Source: Candidatus Pacearchaeota archaeon (GTDB lineage: Archaea > Nanobdellota > Nanobdellia > Pacearchaeales > JAPDKA01). From it: 64,000 nt of DNA. The translations under genes and the position numbers were made by a program. The DNA lies in assembly GCA_038890875.1 (NCBI GenBank), contig JAWAFA010000001.1, forward strand, positions 863 to 64,862. The letters are read 5' to 3'. The notes below the pieces were generated by a model. That model did not search any database. It worked only from the letters and a program-made list of their open reading frames with translations, and was not told the DNA's origin. Positions 1 through 9,638 of this stretch are shown piece after piece. Position 1 is the stretch's first letter, and each line of letters opens with the position of its first letter.

Positions 1-867
1 TATTTCAAGAATGCCAGGCTCTGCTTGCAAATTTAAAACATCGATACTTAAAGGGATTGTATAAGTATCACCAAGAAATTCTTCACCAAAACCTTCTCTT
101 ATTATTATATAATTTGTACTAATTGTTAAAATATTATCCCGCTTGCTTATTTGTAAAAGCTCTATACTTACAGGTGTGCCATTTATATTTATGCTATTCT
201 CAACAATCTCAGCATCATAGCCAGGAGGGATTTCATAGACAAACGGCATATCTGCATTTACACTTACTTCCATCTCTTCAACAATTGCAAAGCCGATAAG
301 AGTTTTAAGTGCCGAAATAAAGTAAATGAAGCTTAAAGGGTTTATAGGATAAAAAATTGAAAATCCACTTATGCTTTTTATTGGCATGCTTTCATTTATA
401 GCTGGAATTTCGCTTTGATTTGTTTCATTTGTTGTTTCATTGGTTTGAGTTTGATTTGTTATCTCAAAGGTCCTTATCTTAAAACTTATTGTAGGTTTTT
501 CTATGTGCTTTCCTGCTTTACCAAGACCATCTCCAGAACCAGCAAGCGTGCTATTTTCAAGATAAAAAGCCCCATAACCAAGCGGGTAATCTACAGTGCT
601 TAGGTCTAACCATTCTTTAAGAAGCATATTTTTAGATTGACTACCAAGGCTTATCAGAACAAGAGTATCAAAAGGTAAAAGCTCTCCTTCCCTCAGGCTT
701 AGTTCATAGACGCCTCCTATAGTTTCATTTTCTGCATAACTTGTTTTATTTAAAAGAATAGTAAGTCCCGTAATCTCTGGTTCATTTAACACTAACAATA
801 TAATTATAAAAATTAAGACAAGTAATGCTATAGAAATTAATACAAATGAAACACCTTTTTTATTCAT
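1..867 (-). CDS. Secreted/surface protein with class III (prepilin-like) signal peptide, partial (runs off window start)
   Basis: Not in ORF track. Open frame from ATG 867: MNKKG|VSFVLISIALLVLIFIIIVVLVL, followed by many N-x-S/T sequons; no stop before base 1. Confidence 0.7.
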   Translation of the reverse strand, partial: MNKKGVSFVLISIALLVLIFIIILLVLNEPEITGLTILLNKTSYAENETIGGVYELSLREGELLPFDTLVLISLGSQSKNMLLKEWLDLSTVDYPLGYGAFYLENSTLAGSGDGLGKAGKHIEKPTISFKIRTFEITNQTQTNETTNETNQSEIPAINESMPIKSISGFSIFYPINPLSFIYFISALKTLIGFAIVEEMEVSVNADMPFVYEIPPGYDAEIVENSININGTPVSIELLQISKRDNILTISTNYIIIREGFGEEFLGDTYTIPLSIDVLNLQAEPGILEI

Positions 868-969
868 TTTATTCGTTTTTAATTTTATAGTAGTCTAATT
901 TTTAAACCTTTCTAGATAACTAATCAAAGATAATTAGATTAGAGATAATTAGAAATAAGATAAGAAAAG

Positions 970-1812
970 TTATATCATAAATCGTTCTTTCATAAAAAGC
1001 ATGTATAATAAAGCCTTGAAAGGATGAAGAAAAAGAAAGTTTAATAAGAAAACGAGTGGGCTAAGCCAGATTAATGATAATAGCAAACCAAATACGAACC
1101 AACCAACATCAACAATTAAATTTAAAGCCAAGAATGACCAATAGTTTTTATAAACTTGTCTTATTGAAAGGCTGATACTTTTCAATATTTTTTTATCGTA
1201 AAAAACAAGTACATAAGGTATTGGCAAAATGAATAGATACAACAAATAGCCAATAATCCCTAAAAGGATAATAACTAAAATTATTAACCATAAAATGCCT
1301 TTTGTTAATGTAATTAAACCAATGCTAATCGCTAAGTAAATTATACCCAAAATTCCTTGAAATACTTTCACTCCAATCCATTTCAACCAATATTTACTAT
1401 ACTTAAAAGAATTTTTTAAATGATTCTTAAAACCTTTTTCCATTTTTTTATTAACAATATCCCTAGCAAAGACAAGTGTGCTCGAGATAAAAAAAGAATA
1501 AATGAGGCCGCCTACTATAATAAAAATAAAGGTAACAATTAAGAGTTTTATAATAAATGGAAACAAAGATATATCTGGCATTCCAGTTAATGATTTACCT
1601 TGACTAATTAAATTTATTTCGTTTATATCATTCTTGTTTACAACAACGAAAGTGATAAGAGTGATCAAACCAAGAAGAGTAACGATCAATAACCAAATTA
1701 ACATTGGCAAAGCAACATATAAATGCTTAAAATAGCTAGTAAAGGAGTCTGAAATCAATGTGAAAACCTTCCTCTTTTTTTGTTTTTCCATCATTATCTT
1801 TATTTTTAGCAT
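970..1812 (-). CDS. Polytopic membrane protein of unknown function
   Basis: 280 aa ORF with about 6 hydrophobic segments. Confidence 0.6.
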   Translation of the reverse strand: MLKIKIMMEKQKKRKVFTLISDSFTSYFKHLYVALPMLIWLLIVTLLGLITLITFVVVNKNDINEINLISQGKSLTGMPDISLFPFIIKLLIVTFIFIIVGGLIYSFFISSTLVFARDIVNKKMEKGFKNHLKNSFKYSKYWLKWIGVKVFQGILGIIYLAISIGLITLTKGILWLIILVIILLGIIGYLLYLFILPIPYVLVFYDKKILKSISLSIRQVYKNYWSFLALNLIVDVGWFVFGLLLSLIWLSPLVFLLNFLFLHPFKALLYMLFMKERFMI

Positions 1813-1890
1813 TTTTAAACTTTTTTTCTTTCAAGTTTTAGTTTTACAAAAAGAAAGAAAAGTTTTTAATATTGTAAAATTTTTATTGAA

Positions 1891-2235
1891 ATGGAAACTA
1901 TGAATGAGATTGTTAGTTTTGAGGAATGGAAGAAGCTAGAGTTAAAGGTTGGGAGAATAATTTCAGTTAGTGATCATCCAAAAGCAGATAGGCTCTATAT
2001 CTTGAAAGTTGATCTAGGTGACAAGCAGGTTGGTTTAGTTGCTGGATTAAAACAGAGCTATAAACCAGAGGAACTAAAAGATAAGCTTTGTATTGTTTTT
2101 ACAAATCTTGAGCCAGCAGTAATAAGAGGTGTTAAAAGTGAGGGAATGATTCTTGCAGCTGTTAATAAAAATAGAAGCAAGATTATTTTGATTGGGCCTG
2201 AAAAAGAAATAGAACTTGGGAGTGTTATTGAATAA
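1891..2235 (+). CDS. tRNA-binding OB-fold protein (Trbp111 / stand-alone MetRS C-terminal domain)
   Basis: LKVGRI..HPKADRL..VDLG..NLEPAVIRGVKSEGMILAA signature. Confidence 0.9.
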   Translation: METMNEIVSFEEWKKLELKVGRIISVSDHPKADRLYILKVDLGDKQVGLVAGLKQSYKPEELKDKLCIVFTNLEPAVIRGVKSEGMILAAVNKNRSKIILIGPEKEIELGSVIE

Positions 2236-2238
2236 AAA

Positions 2239-3699
2239 ATGGCCAAAACAAAAGAAGGTAAAAAAGATAAAAAAGATCTCGGAGTTACTGCTGAAAAAGA
2301 TAATTTTAGTGAATGGTTTACTGAACTTATGTTAAAAGCTGATCTTGCTGATTACAGTGAAGTTTCTGGATGCATGATTTTCAAACCATCAAGTTACGAA
2401 ATATGGGAAAAAATAAAGCAATTGTGCGATGAAAGGTTTAGGAAGATTGGGATAAGGAATTGTTATTTCCCTTTGTTCATTCCTGAAAAACTTTTTGAAA
2501 AGGAAAAAGAGCACATTGCTAGTTTTAGCCCAGAGGTAGCTTGGGTTACTTATGGAGGAAGTTCCAAACTTAAAGAAAGGCTTGCTATTAGACCAACATC
2601 AGAAACGATTATGTATGCTGCCTATGCAAAATGGATTAGAAGCTGGCGCGATCTTCCACTCCGTTTAAATCAATGGAATAATGCTGTAAGATGGGAATTC
2701 AAGCATCCTGTGCCTTTTTTCAGAACCAGAGAGTTTTTATGGAATGAGTTACATACTGTTTTGGCAAGCGAAGAAGAAGCACTTGAAGAGGGTAAAAAAC
2801 TACTAAAGATTTATCTTGATGTTTGTGAAAATTTTTTAGCTCTTTATGGGATAGTTGGGAAAAAAACTGAACAAGAAAAATTCGGTGGGGCTGTCGCCAG
2901 CTGGAAGATTCATTATATTCTACCAAATGGTAAAGTAATAGAAGGACCATGCTTTCACTATGATGGCCAAAACTTTGCTAGGGCTTTTGGGATAAAATTT
3001 CTTAACAAAGATGGCAAGCAACAATATGCTTATCAAAATACTTATGCTATCTCAACAAGAATGCTAGGAGCAATGTTTGCTATTCATGCTGATGACAAAG
3101 GCTTAGTCTTGCCACCAAGACTCGCACCAAATAAAATTGTTATTGTCCCAATATTTTTTAATGAAAAAGAGAAGGAGGATGTAATAAAAAAAGCTAGAGA
3201 AATCGCTAATATGCTGGTTAAATTTAATGCTTTTGTCGACTTACGTGATAATACCCCTGGATTTAAATTTAATGATTGGGAGCTTAAGGGCGTACCTTTA
3301 AGGATAGAGATAGGACCAAAGGATATAAAAAACAATCAGGTAGTAGTTGTGAGACGCGATAATGGAAAGAAAGAACAAGTAAAAATTTTTGAATTAGTTA
3401 AAAAGGTTACCTTACTACTTAATGAGATACAGAAAGATTTATTTGAGCGCTCTAAGAAGATGTTTAAAGAGAAGGTTGTTGAAGTAAAAAGTATTGATGA
3501 GTTAGTTAAAGTAGTAAAGGAGAAAAAAGTCGGGATAATAAGCTTGTGTCGAAATCCAGAATGTGAAGGAAAACTGAAAGAAACAACAAATGGAATAAAG
3601 GCTGTTTGTATAATTGAAGAGAAAAAAATCACAGATGAAAGATGTCTTATTTGTAAAAAGAAAGCTGATTATTTTGTGCTCGCTGGAAAGACTTATTAA
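2239..3699 (+). CDS. proS: Prolyl-tRNA synthetase, archaeal/eukaryotic type
   Basis: RPTSET, DLPLRLNQW, PFFRTREFLW, C-terminal Zn-binding Cys and terminal GKTY. Confidence 0.97.
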   Translation: MAKTKEGKKDKKDLGVTAEKDNFSEWFTELMLKADLADYSEVSGCMIFKPSSYEIWEKIKQLCDERFRKIGIRNCYFPLFIPEKLFEKEKEHIASFSPEVAWVTYGGSSKLKERLAIRPTSETIMYAAYAKWIRSWRDLPLRLNQWNNAVRWEFKHPVPFFRTREFLWNELHTVLASEEEALEEGKKLLKIYLDVCENFLALYGIVGKKTEQEKFGGAVASWKIHYILPNGKVIEGPCFHYDGQNFARAFGIKFLNKDGKQQYAYQNTYAISTRMLGAMFAIHADDKGLVLPPRLAPNKIVIVPIFFNEKEKEDVIKKAREIANMLVKFNAFVDLRDNTPGFKFNDWELKGVPLRIEIGPKDIKNNQVVVVRRDNGKKEQVKIFELVKKVTLLLNEIQKDLFERSKKMFKEKVVEVKSIDELVKVVKEKKVGIISLCRNPECEGKLKETTNGIKAVCIIEEKKITDERCLICKKKADYFVLAGKTY

Positions 3700-3714
3700 A
3701 AACTTTTGATTTGA

Positions 3715-3975
3715 TTAGGAATATTTGATTTTTTTACCATCACCATACCGACTAACTATATACTCTAAGTCACTAATAACATTTTTTGGAAGGTTTTCTA
3801 CTATTATTGTATCGCCATTTTTTGCCATTGTTATTACTCTATCTACTAAAGATAAATAATTGTATCTTCTTCCATTCGGCGCACCATCTTTTATTACTTC
3901 GTAATATTTATCACCAAAGATATTTTCAATCTGCCTTATTCTATAAATCCCGATTTTATTTTTTCTGTATGGCAT
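3715..3975 (-). CDS. Small hypothetical protein
   Basis: Start moved to ATG 3975 (MPYRKNK); the longer track ORF overlaps tRNA-Val. Confidence 0.5.
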   Translation of the reverse strand: MPYRKNKIGIYRIRQIENIFGDKYYEVIKDGAPNGRRYNYLSLVDRVITMAKNGDTIIVENLPKNVISDLEYIVSRYGDGKKIKYS

Positions 3976-4009
3976 TTGACAATATAAAATAATCAATTTA
4001 AAAATTTTA

Positions 4010-4082
4010 TGGCCCTGGCAGGATTCGAACCTGCGACCTTCGCTATGTGAAAGCGACGTCCTTACCACTAGACCACAGGGCC
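4010..4082 (-). tRNA. tRNA-Val(CAC)
   Basis: Cloverleaf GGCCCTG/CAGGGCC, anticodon loop TTCACAT, GGTTCGAATCC T-arm; no encoded CCA. Confidence 0.95.
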
Positions 4083-4121
4083 ATTTTAATAAAGTGTTCT
4101 TAGTTAAAAAATTTATCTTGT

Positions 4122-4868
4122 TTACTCTTGCCAAATAAGGATATTTCCTCTCCCACGTTTTATCTTTTTTACTTTGCCTTCTTCCTCCAGTTCAGAAATA
4201 AGCAAGCTTAGTTTAGCCTCACCCACTCCAAGTTTTTTTCTTAAATCTTTTTGCAGCATTCTTTTTTCCTTCTCCAAAATCCGTGATACTTCAAGTTTGA
4301 ATTTGTCAGGAGCATGCAAAAGCTCCTCAATTTTTTTCTCTTTTTTTACTTTTATTTTTTTCTTCTTTTTCTTCTTTCTTTTAAATATAAGCATTATGGC
4401 TAAAATTAAAACTAAAATAATAAGGCCAATAATGAGCCACAGATACCATGTATTCTTTTCTTCAGGGAATACACTTATTATGTCAAGTATCTCATTGAGT
4501 TCAGTATCATTGGCAAATAATTCTTCACTTGTCTCAAATAAAATCAAATCAATTCGATAATCTCCTTCTTTATCTATCTTTATTAGCTCACTGTCAGTAT
4601 ATAATATGTCTTTTTTGTAAAGTGCTTCAAGCAAATAGGTTCCTAGTGGCACATCAAAGCTATAGTTACCTTGCACTATTGCTCTCTGTTCAGGTGTCGT
4701 GTTTATCTTTACTATAGCACCTTGCACAAGGCGTAATTCTGCATCATAAATGTTACCATAAATTTTAGCTGCAGAAACGATTGGGATAATTGTTATTAAT
4801 GTAAATATTACTAAAGTTATTATTGAATTTGCTATTAGATTGATTTTTCTTAAATTTTTTTTATTCAT
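4122..4868 (-). CDS. Membrane-anchored protein: extracellular beta-sandwich, TM helix, cytoplasmic winged HTH (COG2512-like)
   Basis: Signal peptide, carboxypeptidase-regulatory-like domain, TM plus Lys run, QKDLRKKLG..AKLSLLISELEEEG..KRGRGN. Confidence 0.8.
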   Translation of the reverse strand: MNKKNLRKINLIANSIITLVIFTLITIIPIVSAAKIYGNIYDAELRLVQGAIVKINTTPEQRAIVQGNYSFDVPLGTYLLEALYKKDILYTDSELIKIDKEGDYRIDLILFETSEELFANDTELNEILDIISVFPEEKNTWYLWLIIGLIILVLILAIMLIFKRKKKKKKKIKVKKEKKIEELLHAPDKFKLEVSRILEKEKRMLQKDLRKKLGVGEAKLSLLISELEEEGKVKKIKRGRGNILIWQE

Positions 4869-5061
4869 TTCTTATATATTTTCATTTCCTATATTAATAT
4901 CCTATATTAATATTTTGCTATTTTATATATTATTTTGTTATTTAAACTGTTGCACAAACTTTATAATACTTTCTCAAATTTTAAAGAAATAAAGCTTAAA
5001 AAAGCAATTTTTAGTATTTCTAAAAAAGTTTATTTTTAAACTATATTTTTTGCCTATCTTT

Positions 5062-5754
5062 ATGAAAATCGAAAATAAATATGAAAAAATCCAATCATTT
5101 GCAAGCAAATCTGCAAGCAATTTGACAAGCAAAATAAGTAAGATGGAAAGAAAGGAAGAGGTAGAAATATCTTTAGAAGAAGCTATAAGATATGAGCTAG
5201 AATCGCTAGAATCAAATGGATTTTACAAATGGGCTTATGAAATAGAAAATGCTCATAGTATTTATGTTATACTAACAAAAAAAGATGATAATAAGAATAA
5301 AGCACAAACATTTGGTGAATTGTTAAATAATAAAGAAGAAATAATTTGCATTAATAAAAATGAAATTTGGTTGGATCAATCAAAATACAAGATAACATAT
5401 AATGAAAAGATTTCAATAATAAAGGATAGTTTAGAAGAAAGAGCGATAAAGTATACATTAAAACAAAAGTTAGACCAAGGGCAATTAGATGGATGCATTT
5501 ATGCTTATGAAATCGATAGATTTTCTAATATATTAGTTATATTAACCAAGAAAGATAATGCTAAGACATTCGATGAGTTATTTAAGAATAAAGAAAGAAC
5601 AATTATTGTTCCAAAAGAATATCATAAAATTTGGTTATCTAAATTAAATCATCAATATAAGATAAAATCAAGCGAGAAAATTTTCATATTAAATGACACA
5701 AATAAAGATATAAATGAATTTTTCATAATAAACAAAAATTTTTATACTAAATAA
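5062..5754 (+). CDS. Hypothetical protein with two internal ~85 aa repeats
   Basis: AYEI..VILTKKD..A(Q/K)TF.EL..NKE occurs twice. Confidence 0.6.
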   Translation: MKIENKYEKIQSFASKSASNLTSKISKMERKEEVEISLEEAIRYELESLESNGFYKWAYEIENAHSIYVILTKKDDNKNKAQTFGELLNNKEEIICINKNEIWLDQSKYKITYNEKISIIKDSLEERAIKYTLKQKLDQGQLDGCIYAYEIDRFSNILVILTKKDNAKTFDELFKNKERTIIVPKEYHKIWLSKLNHQYKIKSSEKIFILNDTNKDINEFFIINKNFYTK

Positions 5755-5784
5755 ATATAAAAATAAATATAAAAATAAATAAAA

Positions 5785-6828
5785 ATGAAAACCAAAATAA
5801 TAGCCAGCCTTGTTATGACTGTCTTTTTACTTAGTGTTTTGAGTATTGCTAGCGAAGCACGAATGAGGGGGGATATAGAGAATGCTACAGAGATGGTAAA
5901 AACAAGAAGTATTGAAAAAGTGAAGGAATATATTAGGGCAGGAGATATAGAAAGCATAAAAGATCAGGTTAAAGCTTGCCAAGAAAATATAACTGAAGAA
6001 TGCCAAGCGATCAGAGTTGAAGCGCTTAGCTTTGTGAAGAACAGATTTGTTAGTATGATAGATACAAGTATTGAAAGACTTGAAAAAGTAAAAGAGATAG
6101 TTGAAAAAAGTAAAAAATATAGTGAGGAAGAAAAAGCAGGAATATTGAAAAGTATTGATGAAGCTATCGCCAATCTCAGGGCTTTAAAAGAGCGAGCTCC
6201 TGAGCTCAGCGCATCTGAGTTAAAAGAGGAAATAAAAAGGTATAGGGCACAAAGAGAGCTCTTCCAAGACAAAACAAAGCTTGAAATTGAAAAAGTAAAG
6301 GCTGAAAGAATTGGCTTGATTGTCGAGAAAGCTGAGGCACTTGTTGCTAAGCTTAACAAATTCCTTGAAAAATATAATGTAAGCGAGGAAGAGAAAGCTG
6401 AGTTAAGCGCAAAAATAGATGAATTTAATAAGCTAATTGAAGCCGCAAAGAAAAATAAAGAAGAGGCGATGCAGCTTTGGCTAGGTTTGAAACAAAGATT
6501 GAAAACAAAGAACGCGACTGCACAAGAGATAAGAGAAACAATAAGAGCAGTTCATGAAAAGTTGGAAGAAGCTAAAAAAAATCTAAAAGAAGCAAAAGAA
6601 GTTTTGAAAGAGATAGTTTTTGAGGTTAAGGGGATAGAACAGATAAGTAAGGAAGAAAGAGAAAAAAGTAAAGAGAAAAATGAAACTAAAGAAAATGAAA
6701 CTGAAGCTGAGCAAGGGAATGAGACTCAGGTAGAAGTAGAGGTTGAGCCAAAGAATGAAACTGTTGAACAAGAAATTGAAGAACAAAGTGCAGAAAACCA
6801 GACAGAAGATCAAAATCAAACACAATAA
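5785..6828 (+). CDS. Secreted coiled-coil protein with acidic tail
   Basis: Signal peptide, E/K-rich helices, E/Q/N/T-rich tail. Confidence 0.65.
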   Translation: MKTKIIASLVMTVFLLSVLSIASEARMRGDIENATEMVKTRSIEKVKEYIRAGDIESIKDQVKACQENITEECQAIRVEALSFVKNRFVSMIDTSIERLEKVKEIVEKSKKYSEEEKAGILKSIDEAIANLRALKERAPELSASELKEEIKRYRAQRELFQDKTKLEIEKVKAERIGLIVEKAEALVAKLNKFLEKYNVSEEEKAELSAKIDEFNKLIEAAKKNKEEAMQLWLGLKQRLKTKNATAQEIRETIRAVHEKLEEAKKNLKEAKEVLKEIVFEVKGIEQISKEEREKSKEKNETKENETEAEQGNETQVEVEVEPKNETVEQEIEEQSAENQTEDQNQTQ

Positions 6829-6883
6829 CAAGGCAAAAATTTAAAAATATAAAAAGTTAGAAAAAAATAGAAAAAGTGAAAAA

Positions 6884-7096
6884 ATGAAAAAAACTATTTT
6901 GATTTTATTTTTTCTTTTTTTATTTTTTGGTCTACTATTTGTTTTCGGCTGCAAGAAAGCTGAAAAAGAAGTTACAGGAGAGACTATCAATGCAAGCAGT
7001 GAAGAGATAACTTCATTGATCAATAGTATTGATGAACTTGATTTACAGATAGATCTTGGCAATGAGAGTATGAGTGAAGAAGAAGGGATTTTATAA
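6884..7096 (+). CDS. Small lipoprotein
   Basis: MKK + hydrophobic core + FGC lipobox-like motif. Confidence 0.6.
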   Translation: MKKTILILFFLFLFFGLLFVFGCKKAEKEVTGETINASSEEITSLINSIDELDLQIDLGNESMSEEEGIL

Positions 7097-7145
7097 GAGC
7101 TTATTTAAGTATTTAAGTTAAGCTTATTTAGGCTATTTTTTATTT

Positions 7146-7808
7146 TTATTTTTCTAAAGCCTGCCTATGATAACCAGCTCCTTTCTTTTCTATACCTTTT
7201 GTCTTTACTTCATGTATCTTTTCAACAGGAGCTTTTTTTGTTTCTTCTTTTTCTTTTTCAATTTCTTTAGCCATTTCTTTTTTCTTTTCTTCCTCTTCTT
7301 TCTTTTTCTCAATAGCCTCTGCTTTTTCTTTAGCTTTTTTTTCCTTTTCTTTTGATACTTTTTCGAATTCTTCTCTTCTTGCCTTTTTCTCTCTCAAAAA
7401 TTCTTCTACTTTTTCAAGAAAGTTAGGAGGAAGGTTAGTTTTTATTCCTAGCTCTTGAGCTTTCTTAAAAATTTCAACCTTTTTTTTCATTCCAAGATTG
7501 CCATTAATAATAGCAAGATCATCTTTACTAAGTTTACTGAGCTCTTCAAGAGTTGAAACATAGACTGGTTTTAAATTACCAATAAATCCTCTAATTGATT
7601 TAGGACTTCCATAGCCAATTTCAGGCCTGCTAGGCTTTCCTTTTCTCTGCTCCCTTATTTTGTTATGCCTACCTTTGGCTCTTCTCCAAACTTGCAATTT
7701 TTTCCTTCCTCTTCCAACTCTTGATCGTTTATGCCAATCACTCCGCAAATAAACAGGCTTTCTTGCTTTTTTTTCCTCTCTATTTTTTAATGCTTTTTCG
7801 ACCTCCAT
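7146..7808 (-). CDS. rpl32e: 50S ribosomal protein eL32 with long K/E-rich C-terminal extension
   Basis: WRRAKGRHNKIR..IGYGSPKSIRG; follows rpl6. Confidence 0.9.
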   Translation of the reverse strand: MEVEKALKNREEKKARKPVYLRSDWHKRSRVGRGRKKLQVWRRAKGRHNKIREQRKGKPSRPEIGYGSPKSIRGFIGNLKPVYVSTLEELSKLSKDDLAIINGNLGMKKKVEIFKKAQELGIKTNLPPNFLEKVEEFLREKKARREEFEKVSKEKEKKAKEKAEAIEKKKEEEEKKKEMAKEIEKEKEETKKAPVEKIHEVKTKGIEKKGAGYHRQALEK

Positions 7809-7822
7809 TTGCTATCTTTAAC

Positions 7823-8383
7823 TCAAATTTTCTTTCCTGCTTTTTCTATTATCCAAATTCCATCTTGAAAAATTCGCCGATCTTTCTCTGTTATTCTCGT
7901 CGCATTTTCTATAAGCGCTGCTTGTTTTCCGGCAAGCTCTTTATCATAGCTCCTAACCTCTATGATATTTCCCTTTATTTCTACATTAACATTATCAAAT
8001 ATTTTAACATATCTCGGCATTTTTTCGCCAAAAAAATTCTTTATTATTAATTGCTTAGTTTTGTTATCAATGCTAACTGAGATAGGAAAATGGCTATAAC
8101 ATATTTCAAGCTTATAAACCCATGGTTCTTTTAATCCCTTAACCATATTTTTTATATGGCTCGTGATCGTTTTTATAAGTCTTTTCTCTTTTTTTGTGCC
8201 ATCTTTAGCAGAAATAACTAAAAAATTGTCCTTTTTCTCCAAAGAGATTTTTTCTCCGAGTTTAAATTCTCGTTCAAGTTTTGTTTTATTGGCAGAGAGT
8301 TTGATATTAACACTATTCATTCTTCTTTCTATTTCAGCAGTTATTCCCTCAATAGGAATTTTTTCTATTAAATCCTTTTTCAT
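7823..8383 (-). CDS. rpl6: 50S ribosomal protein uL6
   Basis: SHFPISV, NFFGEK, DRRIFQDGIWI; ATG 8383 preferred. Confidence 0.95.
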   Translation of the reverse strand: MKKDLIEKIPIEGITAEIERRMNSVNIKLSANKTKLEREFKLGEKISLEKKDNFLVISAKDGTKKEKRLIKTITSHIKNMVKGLKEPWVYKLEICYSHFPISVSIDNKTKQLIIKNFFGEKMPRYVKIFDNVNVEIKGNIIEVRSYDKELAGKQAALIENATRITEKDRRIFQDGIWIIEKAGKKI

Positions 8384-8397
8384 TTTCAATTTTTTAT

Positions 8398-8790
8398 TTA
8401 AAAACAATAAGCTATTAAACAACCACCTAATCCTTTCTCTATAGCTTCATTATGGGTCATTATTCCTTTATTTGTCGAGACTATTAAAATTCCCATGCTT
8501 CGAGAGGGGAGATATCTTTGGATATATTTATCAAGAAATTTGTGCCTAAAAACAAGCCTCGGTTTAATTGCTTTGCATTCATGTAATCTTTTTCCTAGCT
8601 TTATTTCAGCCACGCGATAATTTTTTTCATTACTTATTTTAATTTCTTCAAGATAGTTATGTTTTTTCATTAGTTCAAATACCGAGAGCATGAGATTATT
8701 AACTGGAGCCACTTTTATTTCATATTCCCCCCTCCTCAAGCAATTCATAAAACTATTCAAAGCATTTCCCAACCATTCCCTAACTACCAT
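8398..8790 (-). CDS. rps8: 30S ribosomal protein uS8
   Basis: AIKPR..YLPS..GILIVSTNKGIMTH..GG.LIAY. Confidence 0.95.
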   Translation of the reverse strand: MVVREWLGNALNSFMNCLRRGEYEIKVAPVNNLMLSVFELMKKHNYLEEIKISNEKNYRVAEIKLGKRLHECKAIKPRLVFRHKFLDKYIQRYLPSRSMGILIVSTNKGIMTHNEAIEKGLGGCLIAYCF

Positions 8791-8841
8791 TTTAAATTTT
8801 ATTATTTATATTTTATTATTTATATTTAATTTAAATTCTAT

Positions 8842-9072
8842 TTAACCATATTTTTTAAATCCAATTTGTTCTGCTATTTCGCGAAAACATTGGCGGCATA
8901 AGTTTAGGTTATACTTATGGATATGGGCCCCAAACCTACCGCATCGAGAGCATTTAAAGACAGCCACCCCAAACTTTCGTTCTTTTGGTTTGTTATATTT
9001 ATAAAAGCGTCTAAGCAATTGTGGCTTAGCATTCAATTGCTTCAATAAATTTTTCCAATCACTTGCTGCCAT
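8842..9072 (-). CDS. rps14: 30S ribosomal protein uS14 (Zn type, N-terminally extended)
   Basis: CSRCG..YNLNLCRQCFRE..GFKKY. Confidence 0.95.
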   Translation of the reverse strand: MAASDWKNLLKQLNAKPQLLRRFYKYNKPKERKFGVAVFKCSRCGRFGAHIHKYNLNLCRQCFREIAEQIGFKKYG

Positions 9073-9113
9073 ATAGCTTACTATCTCTTATATTTTTAAA
9101 ACCTTTCGTTATT

Positions 9114-9638
9114 TTATTCTTTTAATTTTAAACCAAACTGCTCTTTCATAAAATTTATCGTTTCTTCTCTCGTTATTTTTTGTCTACTTCCAACTTTCGA
9201 TTTTTTTAGCTTTCTATAAACAACTCGTTTACCTTTTTTTGTTAGGACAACAGAAACATCAAAACCAAGAATGCCAAGATCTCGCCTATATTCAACATTC
9301 GGGATTTGAATATACTCTTTAATTCCAAAATTTACTATGCCATTCCCAAAAGAAGACAAAGGAAGAGTATACTTAACTCCGGCAAGAAGACGTTTTAAAA
9401 GTTCAATAGCATTGCTTTTTCTGAGAGTAACCATACAGCCGATAGTTAAACCTATCCTAATATTAAATTGCTCTATTCTTCGCTTAGCTTTTGTAGTTGC
9501 TGGAGTCCGGCCAGTTATATACTTAAGAAGTTCTTTATATTTTTCCAATTTTTCCTGATTACTTGTCGTTGCATGTAAAATAACTTTTTCTATCGCAATC
9601 TCCGCTTCTTTTCTGTCTTCTTTTTCTTTATTTCTCAT
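9114..9638 (-). CDS. rpl5: 50S ribosomal protein uL5
   Basis: FNIRIG..GCMVTLR..FGIKEYI..GFDV. Confidence 0.95.
   Translation of the reverse strand: MRNKEKEDRKEAEIAIEKVILHATTSNQEKLEKYKELLKYITGRTPATTKAKRRIEQFNIRIGLTIGCMVTLRKSNAIELLKRLLAGVKYTLPLSSFGNGIVNFGIKEYIQIPNVEYRRDLGILGFDVSVVLTKKGKRVVYRKLKKSKVGSRQKITREETINFMKEQFGLKLKE

Noticed and set aside
415..603. Plus-strand 62 aa ORF and the many other short antisense ORFs in the track
   Set aside because: Shadows of well-supported genes on the opposite strand or frame
3976..4134. N-terminal extension of ORF 3715-4134
   Set aside because: Reads through tRNA-Val
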